From an uncultured Gammaproteobacteria bacterium (GTDB taxonomy: Bacteria > Patescibacteriota > Patescibacteriia > UBA1558 > 2-01-FULL-52-15), in contig CAYRBH010000001.1 of NCBI GenBank assembly GCA_964422585.1, forward strand, positions 11,728 to 75,727: 64,000 bases of DNA. Reading direction: 5' to 3'. This document shows, piece after piece, positions 19,573 through 27,616 of the stretch. Both the position numbers and the translations under genes were made by a program. Each line of letters begins with the position of its first letter. Positions within the stretch are counted from its first letter, which is position 1. The notes below the pieces were generated by a model. That model searched no databases. It was not told where the DNA came from and saw only the letters and a list, made by a program, of their open reading frames with translations.

Positions 19573-21843
19573 ATGGATGAACAGCAGCCGATAGCCCCTC
19601 AACAGCAGCCGCAGCAGACTATGCCGGTGACAACCATGCCCGTGGTCCCGCAGCCGCTGAGTCCCTATACACCTAAGAAAGCCTCATGGGTCGTGCTCGT
19701 GGTCATACTGTTCGTCATCTTCGTCGGCTCCTATGCTGGAGCCGCTTTTTATTTTCAACTATGGCCTTTCCAGGGAGCAGGTCCCTTGAGTAAGCAACTC
19801 GCATTCGCAAATCTTTTTTCGAAGATACAGATGATCAATTCGGCTACCTATGAGGCACAAGTCGGCATACAGGCTGAGGCACGAGAGGCGGGAGCAACCG
19901 CTTTTGAACCAGTGACCTTTCCTGAGTTCGAGGCAGAAACAAAAATGTACCAGAACGATCAAAATAGAGTCCGCGACTTACAAGAGATACAGGCTGCACT
20001 CGCTGAGTATCATAAGCTTTCCCTGGTCTATCCGGCGCAATTGTCCTCACTAGCATCTCTGACCCCTGCGCATACGACCGATTTTACCTATACCCCAAAG
20101 CCAGAAGCGGATAACTATATACTCACCGTTACTTTCGAGACCGATGATGCTGTTAAGGCAGTCAATTATAGCACCGTGAAGGATGCTACGAAAGTGGATG
20201 GCAAGACTGTCGCATTCTCGAAAGGCAGCGGTACCTATTTTTACTTTTACGGTGAGCCTCAGAAGCCTTATTGGGTAACTGCTCTAGAGGATGGAGGAGA
20301 TAGCTATCTGGAGTATGCTCCTTCAGATTTTACTCTCAACCTGACTGTGGGAGGCACCTCACAGAAGAATCAGGACAAAGCCGCTGATGCAAATTTCCAT
20401 CTCGGTGGCGCCGCTACATTCGGCGATTTTAATGTCGCGGCAGATGTAGAGGTTCGCAAAAAAGCTGATGTCTACTATGGGGAGATTACCAAATTTCCAT
20501 CACTATTCCTTGACCTTTCGGCCATTAAGAATACATGGGTCAAAGTCACGCCTGATGACCTGATCAACTATGGTGATCTGCCCTATGTTGCTACCTTTGT
20601 AGGTGATAAGCAAAAGAAGAACAGCAGGGCGCTGGAGCAGATCCAGACTATTTTTAAGACCATGGATGAAGACAAGGTTTTGTCGGTAGATTTTAGTCTC
20701 CCTGATGAGATGATAGGGAAGGATCCCGAGTATGTCTATGCGGTGACCTATGATGAGACCAAAGTTGTTCCGTGGTATGAACACCTGTCTAAGGTGATGA
20801 AGGACACCTATGGTGATGACGCAATGATTAAGCTTGACGAGACATCATTGAAGTACATGAAGAGTGATTCCTTCCAGAAGTATTTGGCCTATATCAAGAA
20901 TAACACGACGATGCACATCGTCGTCGATAAGAAGTCCGGTTTCCCAATCAAGATTGAGTATCGATTCCGCGTTGTGCCAAGCGATAAGGTTACGAAGCTT
21001 AAGGATAAGCAATTTAGCCTGAATCTAGGTCTTACGTTGAGCAATATCAATACGCCGATCGTAGTCGAAGAGCCGAAAAATGCCATCAGCTTTGAAGATG
21101 CCCAGCTTGCGCTGACGGGCCAGACACATGAGGAGTATCAGTTTAACAAGCAGCGCACCAACATCGAGACCATTCAAAGCTCATTGGCCGGCTACCATGA
21201 GTATACTGGCGTATATCCTGATACCTTGGATCAATTAACCACACCCCGAGGTCAGCTGCAGAAAGCTCCTCCGAAACCAAGTTCGTCCGGCGGAGTATCG
21301 ATAGATTTCCCCGCAAGCTTTTCTGGTTTCAGTGATTCCGGTAACTCTGAGTATGAGACACAGTTAGCACTACAACCATTCCTCAAGACCGTGCCAAAGG
21401 ACATATTCACTTCAGCAGCCTATACGTATGCAAAGAATGCTGATGGCAAGGACTATACGCTGCGGTATAGTATGACTATTCCAAAAAAGAGCAAGACAGC
21501 ATCTGCTGCCAGTGGAGGAGGGATCCTTGGCTCATATCAAAGTTTCGGCGTGAATGATGCTGTTTCCTTTGTGAATGGCACTAACACTGCCTCAGCAAAA
21601 GTACTTTCAACTGAGGCGCAGGCCGCATTAAAGATTGACACCGATAAGGACGGCTTGCCTGATATTGTTGAGGCATACTATGGTTCTGATCCCAATAAGA
21701 AAGACTCGGATGGAGATGGCTATACTGATGGCGATGAAGTCAAGAAAGGCTATGACCCGGCAGGTCCGGGTAAGCTGGATTACAATGATATCTGGTACTC
21801 ATCATACTCTTCATCTCCGGATTATCCTTCGTATATACAGTAA
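19573..21843 (+). CDS. Membrane-anchored surface protein with two pilin-head-like segments and a C-terminal Ca-binding (TSP3-like) repeat
   Basis: P/Q-rich N-terminus, one TM, RVRDLQEIQAALAEY...YP and NIETIQSSLAGY...YP segments, DTDKDGLPD...DSDGDGYTDGDEV. Confidence 0.75.
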   Translation: MDEQQPIAPQQQPQQTMPVTTMPVVPQPLSPYTPKKASWVVLVVILFVIFVGSYAGAAFYFQLWPFQGAGPLSKQLAFANLFSKIQMINSATYEAQVGIQAEAREAGATAFEPVTFPEFEAETKMYQNDQNRVRDLQEIQAALAEYHKLSLVYPAQLSSLASLTPAHTTDFTYTPKPEADNYILTVTFETDDAVKAVNYSTVKDATKVDGKTVAFSKGSGTYFYFYGEPQKPYWVTALEDGGDSYLEYAPSDFTLNLTVGGTSQKNQDKAADANFHLGGAATFGDFNVAADVEVRKKADVYYGEITKFPSLFLDLSAIKNTWVKVTPDDLINYGDLPYVATFVGDKQKKNSRALEQIQTIFKTMDEDKVLSVDFSLPDEMIGKDPEYVYAVTYDETKVVPWYEHLSKVMKDTYGDDAMIKLDETSLKYMKSDSFQKYLAYIKNNTTMHIVVDKKSGFPIKIEYRFRVVPSDKVTKLKDKQFSLNLGLTLSNINTPIVVEEPKNAISFEDAQLALTGQTHEEYQFNKQRTNIETIQSSLAGYHEYTGVYPDTLDQLTTPRGQLQKAPPKPSSSGGVSIDFPASFSGFSDSGNSEYETQLALQPFLKTVPKDIFTSAAYTYAKNADGKDYTLRYSMTIPKKSKTASAASGGGILGSYQSFGVNDAVSFVNGTNTASAKVLSTEAQAALKIDTDKDGLPDIVEAYYGSDPNKKDSDGDGYTDGDEVKKGYDPAGPGKLDYNDIWYSSYSSSPDYPSYIQ

Positions 21844-21877
21844 GCGGAGTACTATACCATTTATTTTATGACGCATA

Positions 21878-21906
21878 CTACCATGCTTTATCATAGAGCA
21901 TGGTAG
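21878..21906 (+). terminator. Inverted repeat after the 756-aa gene, possible terminator or 3' stabiliser
   Basis: CTACCATGCT-9 nt-AGCATGGTAG perfect 10-bp stem; no U-tract. Confidence 0.45.
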
Positions 21907-22242
21907 AGTGGGAGATGAGCACAACATTGGCTGGTATCGGTTGGTCTTGTCTAATGAGGCTATTGAGACGCCTAGGACGGTTTTCCTACAGAATGCTATA
22001 CAGGAGTCAGATTGTGACCAGAGGCATTTCATACTTGATCTTAAAGGTATGTAGATACGTCTCAGTGTTGTTTTGGCAGATGTCTTCAAGAAATAATAAT
22101 AGATTCTATGTACTTCATCATGCATGAAGCGCTCTGTAAAGGCATAACTATGACGGTGGAGTTGGCTATAAGGCCCTCGACAGGCATTGTATAGTGGTAT
22201 ATACTAACTGAGTATAATATCCCAAACACTCGGTTTAAATCA

Positions 22243-22251
22243 TGCTATAAT
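22243..22251 (+). promoter_or_regulatory. Extended -10 promoter of xer
   Basis: TGcTATAAT, 11 nt before the ATG. Confidence 0.6.
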
Positions 22252-22262
22252 CACTCAAGCCT

Positions 22263-23207
22263 ATGCCTGACTCCCCACTTCCGAAAAAAGAGACCTTCTT
22301 GCGGTTTTTGCAGAGCAACAACTATTCTGCGGAGACTCTATTGAATTATGAACGTGATCTTACGACGTTCGAGAATTTTTTACAGTATCAGAAGACCAGA
22401 TTTGCATCGATGAAAAAGTCGACTATCGAAGACTATAAGGCCTACCTCTACTCTATCAATAGGCGTACCGCCAAAGGACTCAAAGTGCATAGCAAGCTTT
22501 CCAGTTTTTCTGTGAACCGAATGCTCTCTTCCTTGCGGAACTATCTCAAGTTCATGATCGATATGGATGAGAAAGTACCGCTAGCGCCTGAGGCCATTAA
22601 ATTGATCCGCACCGATAAGAAACATGGGCGTGTTGCCGAGCTTGAGGAACTTATCAAGCTTATCGAGGCGCCTGAAACATTGGAAAAAGATAAAACAGTT
22701 GGCATCCGTAATCGCGCTATGCTTGAGATGCTCTTTGCCACAGGGATGCGTATTTCAGAGCTCTTAAGCCTGAAGCGCGATCAGATTGATTATAGGTCTG
22801 GTAAGATCTTTATCAAGGGCAAGGGCAAGAAGGAGCGCTTCGTATATCTCACAGAACGCGCTTTACAACAGGTCGATAGGTATTTGAGAGAACGTAAGGA
22901 TCGATTACCCCATCTCTGGATTCCTCTACGTGGTAGAAATACTGGCAGTAACTTTAAAGGGATCTCTTCAAATTATCTGCAAGCAAAAATCAAAGAGTAT
23001 CGCGAGGTGCTCAATATTAATGTACCAACCAGCGCGCATAGCTTACGCCACGGCTTCGCTACCTATTTAGCTGAGTCAGGTGCGAACCCTGCGGCTATCC
23101 AGGTACTGCTCGGTCACGAATCGCTTGATACCACGACACGCTATGTACATGCGTCTGATAGATATGCCGAGGCAGAACATCAAAAGTTCCACCCCTTGAA
23201 GAAGTAG
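22263..23207 (+). CDS. XerC/XerD-family tyrosine recombinase
   Basis: N-terminal YSAETLLNYERDL core-binding domain; catalytic GMRISE, KGKK, HSLRH, LLGH, TTRY. Confidence 0.95.
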   Translation: MPDSPLPKKETFLRFLQSNNYSAETLLNYERDLTTFENFLQYQKTRFASMKKSTIEDYKAYLYSINRRTAKGLKVHSKLSSFSVNRMLSSLRNYLKFMIDMDEKVPLAPEAIKLIRTDKKHGRVAELEELIKLIEAPETLEKDKTVGIRNRAMLEMLFATGMRISELLSLKRDQIDYRSGKIFIKGKGKKERFVYLTERALQQVDRYLRERKDRLPHLWIPLRGRNTGSNFKGISSNYLQAKIKEYREVLNINVPTSAHSLRHGFATYLAESGANPAAIQVLLGHESLDTTTRYVHASDRYAEAEHQKFHPLKK

Positions 23208-23237
23208 AACTCACAACGGCTTAGTCAGTACATGGAA

Positions 23238-23380
23238 TGAGGCAGGAAGTGCGCGATTGTTTGCGCCCATTCTCCCTGCCTCAAGTCGGATGTTTGCGGG
23301 ACAAATCGTCTCCTTTCCCGCTCCCTCCGTCCTTCTGGACGGATAGGCCGCTCGGAGTTGAGCTTCCAGATCCGACTTGA
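23238..23380 (-). ncRNA. Candidate structured non-coding RNA of unknown family
   Basis: 11-bp closing stem (23281-23291/23370-23380) around three hairpins, plus a long adjacent hairpin (23238-23283); promoter-like element upstream on the minus strand; strand not certain. Confidence 0.55.
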
Positions 23381-23384
23381 CCTC

Positions 23385-23414
23385 AACTTACCCTTGTTGA
23401 GAAAAATAAGTCAA
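23385..23414 (-). promoter_or_regulatory. Putative promoter of the candidate ncRNA
   Basis: Minus strand TTGACT-18 nt-TAAGTT, ending 4 nt before the closing stem. Confidence 0.45.
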
Positions 23415-23574
23415 GTAGTTCTGTCAAAACAATAAGATACTATAACTTTTATTGGCCTTTGTGCTATACTTTTCTTCAAAAGTAAGGATTCCGTTAGGTG
23501 CTTCGTCATGTATTCTGCAGCGATTGGTCGATTCCTGCAGTAAGCTTCATTAATATATATAATCTAACAACTAT

Positions 23575-24048
23575 ATGAGGAATAAAATCATTGGTTTACT
23601 CTCTTTCGTGGCTGTTATTAGTAGCTTCGTCCTTGCGCCGATCAGTGCTACTCAAGCTCAGGTTTCTATCGATTATCCTTCGATGAACACCAATACCCAT
23701 AAGCCAACCGTAACAACAGTCGATCTGGTATGTATGCAAAATGCGGTTGATAAGCGAGATACTGCTATTATGAGCGCTCTGGACACCTATACAGCAGCGG
23801 CAAAGACTGCTCTGCAGACGCGCAAAGATGAGTTGAAGGCCGGGTGGGCCCTCACCGATGTCAAGGCAAGGAATGCCGCATTGAAAGCTGCTTGGAAAAA
23901 GTATCGTGATGCCATCCGTGTAGCTCGTAAGACCTTTAGGGATGCGAAGCGTGCTGACTGGAGGCAGTTCACGACCGATCGCAAAGCATGCAGAAGTACA
24001 GCAAGCTCAGATGATAGCGCTGGCCAAGGAGTTGACGAAACCTTGTAA
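23575..24048 (+). CDS. Secreted alpha-helical hypothetical protein
   Basis: Signal peptide, A/K/R-rich helical body with two Cys; TGcTATACT at 23462-23470 upstream. Confidence 0.8.
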   Translation: MRNKIIGLLSFVAVISSFVLAPISATQAQVSIDYPSMNTNTHKPTVTTVDLVCMQNAVDKRDTAIMSALDTYTAAAKTALQTRKDELKAGWALTDVKARNAALKAAWKKYRDAIRVARKTFRDAKRADWRQFTTDRKACRSTASSDDSAGQGVDETL

Positions 24049-24065
24049 TTGGAAGTGGTCACACT

Positions 24066-24102
24066 AACAATCCAGCCCCGCACTGCGGGGCTGGATTGTT
24101 TT
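24066..24102. terminator. Strong terminator between convergent genes
   Basis: AACAATCCAGCCCCGCA-c-TGCGGGGCTGGATTGTT 17-bp inverted repeat followed by Ts. Confidence 0.85.
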
Positions 24103-24113
24103 GTTGCTGATAG

Positions 24114-24635
24114 CTATTTAATGCTCAGAAGCTCTATATCGAAGAGTAAGGTCGCTTTTGGCGGGATAACAGGCGGATAGCCGGTGTCACCATAGCCGAG
24201 GCTTGAAGGAATAGTCAACTTACGCTCCTCGCCTACTTTCATACCAAGCACGCCCTGCTCCCATCCTTGAATAACTTTGTTTTCACCTAAGGTGAATGAA
24301 AAGGGAGTTCCACGATCACGGCTAGAATCAAACTTTGTTCCATCAGTCAGTGTCCCGGTGTAGTGGACAGTAGCTGTGTCGCCCGTTTTTGCAGCAGGTC
24401 CGCTCCCCTGCTTGATGGTTTCAATACCTAGCGTATCCATAGATGGTTGGTTATCACTTGGTTGATTAGTGTCAGCCGTTGGCTGGTTAGTAGCAGGCTG
24501 TTGATCTGTAGTAGTGAGGGCGGCATTTGAATTAGAGTTTGTGCTTGCTGGCGATTGCATGAGAAATACTAGCAGTACAATGACGACGACTGCAAGTACG
24601 CCGACGATGATCATTATTTTCTTTTGCTGATGCAT
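24114..24635 (-). CDS. Membrane-anchored FKBP-type peptidyl-prolyl isomerase
   Basis: [16 protein letters not shown]...VIQGWEQG...LGYG...[13 protein letters not shown]; N-terminal TM. Confidence 0.96.
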   Translation of the reverse strand: MHQQKKIMIIVGVLAVVVIVLLVFLMQSPASTNSNSNAALTTTDQQPATNQPTADTNQPSDNQPSMDTLGIETIKQGSGPAAKTGDTATVHYTGTLTDGTKFDSSRDRGTPFSFTLGENKVIQGWEQGVLGMKVGEERKLTIPSSLGYGDTGYPPVIPPKATLLFDIELLSIK

Positions 24636-24705
24636 ATGGTTTGCGTTTGTTTAGTTGCTAGCTGTGAGAGTATAACATTTTCAAGGGTAAAATCAAGAAT
24701 ACTAG

Positions 24706-25851
24706 CTAGCCTGGGAGAAGTCCGGCACTGGTATAGCGGTTCGATGCATTCCAGAGCGTCCAACCATCCGTATATTTTGACTCCTCGATGGCTTTGATCT
24801 GCGCGCGGATCTTATCAGCGTCATAGATAGCTCCAAGGTTGAAGGCTTGTACCCAGGGGCGGAGTTTCGAATGAGTAGCGGCCGCCATGATACTCTCAGA
24901 TTTGGTCAAGCCATTATGCACGACGTCATATGGATGATCAGCCGGATTCTCGAACTGCATATACCCCTTCGGATAATGCGATGGGTACGTCATAGGACAA
25001 ATATAGTCGACAGTATCGACGGCAGAAGTTAGTTTCTGTCCGATGTTCATATCAAAATCATGGGTTTCAAGAGTCAGTCCAAACAGGTCGAATGAGGTAT
25101 AGGCAGGTTCGTCCTGCAGCTGCTGATGTACATAGTGATAGAAATTATACATTGTCGTAGCCTTGTCTTTCTGCAGATTAGCATAGACAGCTGCTTTAAT
25201 GTTGCCATCACTGGGGAAACGCACATAGTCAAAATTAATCTCATCAAAGCCAAGCTGTATTGCTTCTTTGGCGATTGACATGTTGTATTTCCAGATACCG
25301 GTAACCGTCGGGTCGACCCAGGATAAACCCTTATAATCCTTCCAGAGCCCTCCTCCCGCTGTTTTTATCGCCCAGTCGGGTTTTGCTTTCGCGAGTACAG
25401 GGTCTTGGAAAACTGTCTGCCGCGCGATGACATAGATGCCAGCATTCCTGAATTCATCGATGACCGAACGCATATCTTTGATGATCGGATTATTCGTTTT
25501 GAGCGTCCGTACGAGCGGAATGTTACTTCTATAGAGCACATAGCCGCTATAGTCCTTGATGTCTATAACGACGGCATTGAGCTCTGTTTTTTTGATAAGG
25601 TCGATGATCTCGGCTCGCTTCTTAGGTGACGCAGCTGAATAGGCGGTGAGGTACAGACCTTTCACGAGTACAGGTTCGGGTTTCTCGAGGCGTTGTGGTG
25701 GGGGCACCACTTCCCTGGTTTGAGCTAAGGCGGTGTGATAGCTATCTAATTCATTGATAATGGCCCTGCTGTATAAGCTAATGGAAGCGCAGACTATAAT
25801 GCCAATAGTTGTAATAAGAAGCAGATAGAGCTTGGTATTCCCTTGGGACAT
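24706..25851 (-). CDS. Putative glycoside hydrolase (DUF4015-like)
   Basis: VKGLYLT, ELNAVVIDIKD, FQDPVLA, GFDEINFDYVRFPSDG, PMTYPSHY, LRPWVQAF; start at ATG 25851. Confidence 0.85.
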   Translation of the reverse strand: MSQGNTKLYLLLITTIGIIVCASISLYSRAIINELDSYHTALAQTREVVPPPQRLEKPEPVLVKGLYLTAYSAASPKKRAEIIDLIKKTELNAVVIDIKDYSGYVLYRSNIPLVRTLKTNNPIIKDMRSVIDEFRNAGIYVIARQTVFQDPVLAKAKPDWAIKTAGGGLWKDYKGLSWVDPTVTGIWKYNMSIAKEAIQLGFDEINFDYVRFPSDGNIKAAVYANLQKDKATTMYNFYHYVHQQLQDEPAYTSFDLFGLTLETHDFDMNIGQKLTSAVDTVDYICPMTYPSHYPKGYMQFENPADHPYDVVHNGLTKSESIMAAATHSKLRPWVQAFNLGAIYDADKIRAQIKAIEESKYTDGWTLWNASNRYTSAGLLPG

Positions 25852-25900
25852 ACTGCTATACAGGGTACTTGAAAGCAAACTAGTTGTAAATTAGCCTATA

Positions 25901-25929
25901 TTGACATTTTAATTAATTTGATGTATAAT
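25901..25929 (+). promoter_or_regulatory. Perfect consensus sigma70 promoter of the 83-aa orphan
   Basis: TTGACA-17 nt-TATAAT. Confidence 0.85.
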
Positions 25930-25972
25930 ATAAATATAGTGAAGTTCATCTTTTTTCAAGGGAGGGCACACA

Positions 25973-26224
25973 ATGACCCATTGGCAGCTTGCTCGCTGGA
26001 TCGAAGCTTGGGCCATTGAAGAACTTGGGCCCGATTGCGGGATAACCGCAAAGGCACTGAAGGAGGGATTCTCGAGGGATCTGCTCTACTCTGACTGGGT
26101 CAGATGCAATGCTGACCATACCTACATTCCTGTTTCTATCAGGAGCCTGCGGCGAGGACAAGCTCGGAGTCAACCGGCGGTCGTGGTAGATCGCATGAGG
26201 CTCGCGGCGAATGACCGTGACTAG
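25973..26224 (+). CDS. Orphan 83-aa protein
   Basis: Own consensus promoter, SD GGAGG at 25961-25965, downstream terminator; GC-richer than the flanking genes. Confidence 0.75.
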   Translation: MTHWQLARWIEAWAIEELGPDCGITAKALKEGFSRDLLYSDWVRCNADHTYIPVSIRSLRRGQARSQPAVVVDRMRLAANDRD

Positions 26225-26249
26225 AGGCGATTTCGCCTTCAGATGACAC

Positions 26250-26284
26250 AACGGCCCGAATGGGAAACCATCGGGTCGTTTTTC
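26250..26284 (+). terminator. Intrinsic terminator after the 83-aa orphan
   Basis: AACGGCCCGA...TCGGGTCGTT stem with inner TGG-GAAA-CCA, then a T-run. Confidence 0.8.
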
Positions 26285-26295
26285 GTTGCGTAAGA

Positions 26296-27564
26296 TTATT
26301 GTGGGAGATAGTTCAACGGATTGACCGGGATACCGTTCAGTCGGACTTCGAAATGCAGATGCGGTCCAGTAGTGAAAGGTCCAGCTCCGGGCGTACCTGG
26401 TGTCGCGCCTGACTTTCCTATGATCTGTCCTTGGGTCACGAATGTGCCCTCAGTGACATCAATCTCACTGACATGGCCATACACCGTTGATATGCCATTG
26501 TCGTGAATGAGCATGATGTAGCTGTATCCCATGCCCCCATCTTTAGCCCGGGCAACATACCCTGATGCCGCAGCTGCGATTGGTGTTCCTTGCGGCGTTG
26601 CTATATCGATAGCAGGATGCTCGAACACATTGCGAAAAGGATAATCAGGGTCATGGAAATAGGCAGTGATCCTTCGTGAGGCGATAGGCCAGATCATAGG
26701 GCCTGCGCCCAGATCTTTGATCGTACCCGCTTGTATCTGGCGGTTGAGCTTCTCTCGTGCGACCTGCTCGAGACTCACGATATCATTGTTCGTTCGTTCT
26801 TGCTGGTCTTTGAGGTCTTGTAATAAGGACTGATATTTACCTTCCTGACCTTTGGTCTCATCGATCAGGTCTGATTTTGCAGCCTTTTGACTTTCGAGCA
26901 TATCTGTTTTCGAGGCTAGGTCGTCCTGGAGATTATTGAGGTCAGTCTTATTGCTATCCAGACTGCTTTGTTCATTAACAAGAGCCATCTTGAGCGTTCC
27001 AAGTGAATCGATACCATTGAGAACGCCGCCTTGGATGCTCTGGAGATGCTGTAATTGTGACAGATAGTCGCTCAGATCATTATTGGTGGCCAGGATCATG
27101 ACCAGATTATCCTGCCGATCATTCTGGTACAAAGCACGCACGAGTTCGGCCAGATGACCTTTCTGTTCATTGACCTGCTCTTCCGTGGCTTGGATCTTCA
27201 ATTTATTATTTTCGATGCGCAGATTGATCTCATCGACCTCAGCTTCCAGAGCTTGTTTTTCGAGTGATATCTTCGTTATGGTCTCATTGAGTGTCGAGAT
27301 TTGGTAGTTCAGAGAAGCGACCTGCCGCTGTTTCGAGGCGAGGCTCTTTTGGTATAGATCTGCTTGCTGCTTCAGAGAATCAGCTTCTTTGCGTTTATCA
27401 TTGATTTGTTGGTTCAGTTGCCATATTTCCTGATCATAATTGGCATTGAGGTTAAGTTCGACTGCGGCATAGGCGCCGGATATCATATATAAAAAAATCC
27501 CTAAGAATACGCCCAGGGATATCCGCGATAAGTATTTTTTTGTTTGTATATTAGCCAAAAGCAT
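26296..27564 (-). CDS. Coiled-coil M23 metallopeptidase (EnvC/CwlO-like murein hydrolase)
   Basis: Long coiled coil then WPI...HPAIDIA...YGHVS...GPHLHFEVR; start at ATG 27564, preceded by TGcTATACT. Confidence 0.92.
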   Translation of the reverse strand: MLLANIQTKKYLSRISLGVFLGIFLYMISGAYAAVELNLNANYDQEIWQLNQQINDKRKEADSLKQQADLYQKSLASKQRQVASLNYQISTLNETITKISLEKQALEAEVDEINLRIENNKLKIQATEEQVNEQKGHLAELVRALYQNDRQDNLVMILATNNDLSDYLSQLQHLQSIQGGVLNGIDSLGTLKMALVNEQSSLDSNKTDLNNLQDDLASKTDMLESQKAAKSDLIDETKGQEGKYQSLLQDLKDQQERTNNDIVSLEQVAREKLNRQIQAGTIKDLGAGPMIWPIASRRITAYFHDPDYPFRNVFEHPAIDIATPQGTPIAAAASGYVARAKDGGMGYSYIMLIHDNGISTVYGHVSEIDVTEGTFVTQGQIIGKSGATPGTPGAGPFTTGPHLHFEVRLNGIPVNPLNYLPQ

Positions 27565-27616
27565 AGAGTGTCCTGACTCTAGTATAGCACACAAAGCTTT
27601 TATTTGGAAGATTAGT

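Noticed and set aside
21811-22127. 75-aa and 104-aa ORFs upstream of xer
   Set aside because: Mutually overlapping, atypical composition, no recognisable motifs or initiation signals.
22263-23207. xer as a prophage or integron integrase
   Set aside because: No phage genes, att repeats, attC array or IntI-specific insertion seen; length and motifs fit a chromosomal Xer.
23211-23270. Minus-strand mini-ORF MGANNRALPASFHVLTKPL with a tmRNA-tag-like GCAAAC start
   Set aside because: No tRNA-like domain, no ALAA-stop ending, and the start is buried in a stem; not supportable as tmRNA or as a peptide gene.
23208-24114. Gene orientation switches from plus to mostly minus near xer, suggesting a replication terminus
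   Set aside because: Sampled lines within minus-strand genes (e.g. 36301, 42961, 43501) still look G-rich on the plus strand, so no skew inversion is evident, and no canonical dif was found. A computed cumulative skew would settle it.
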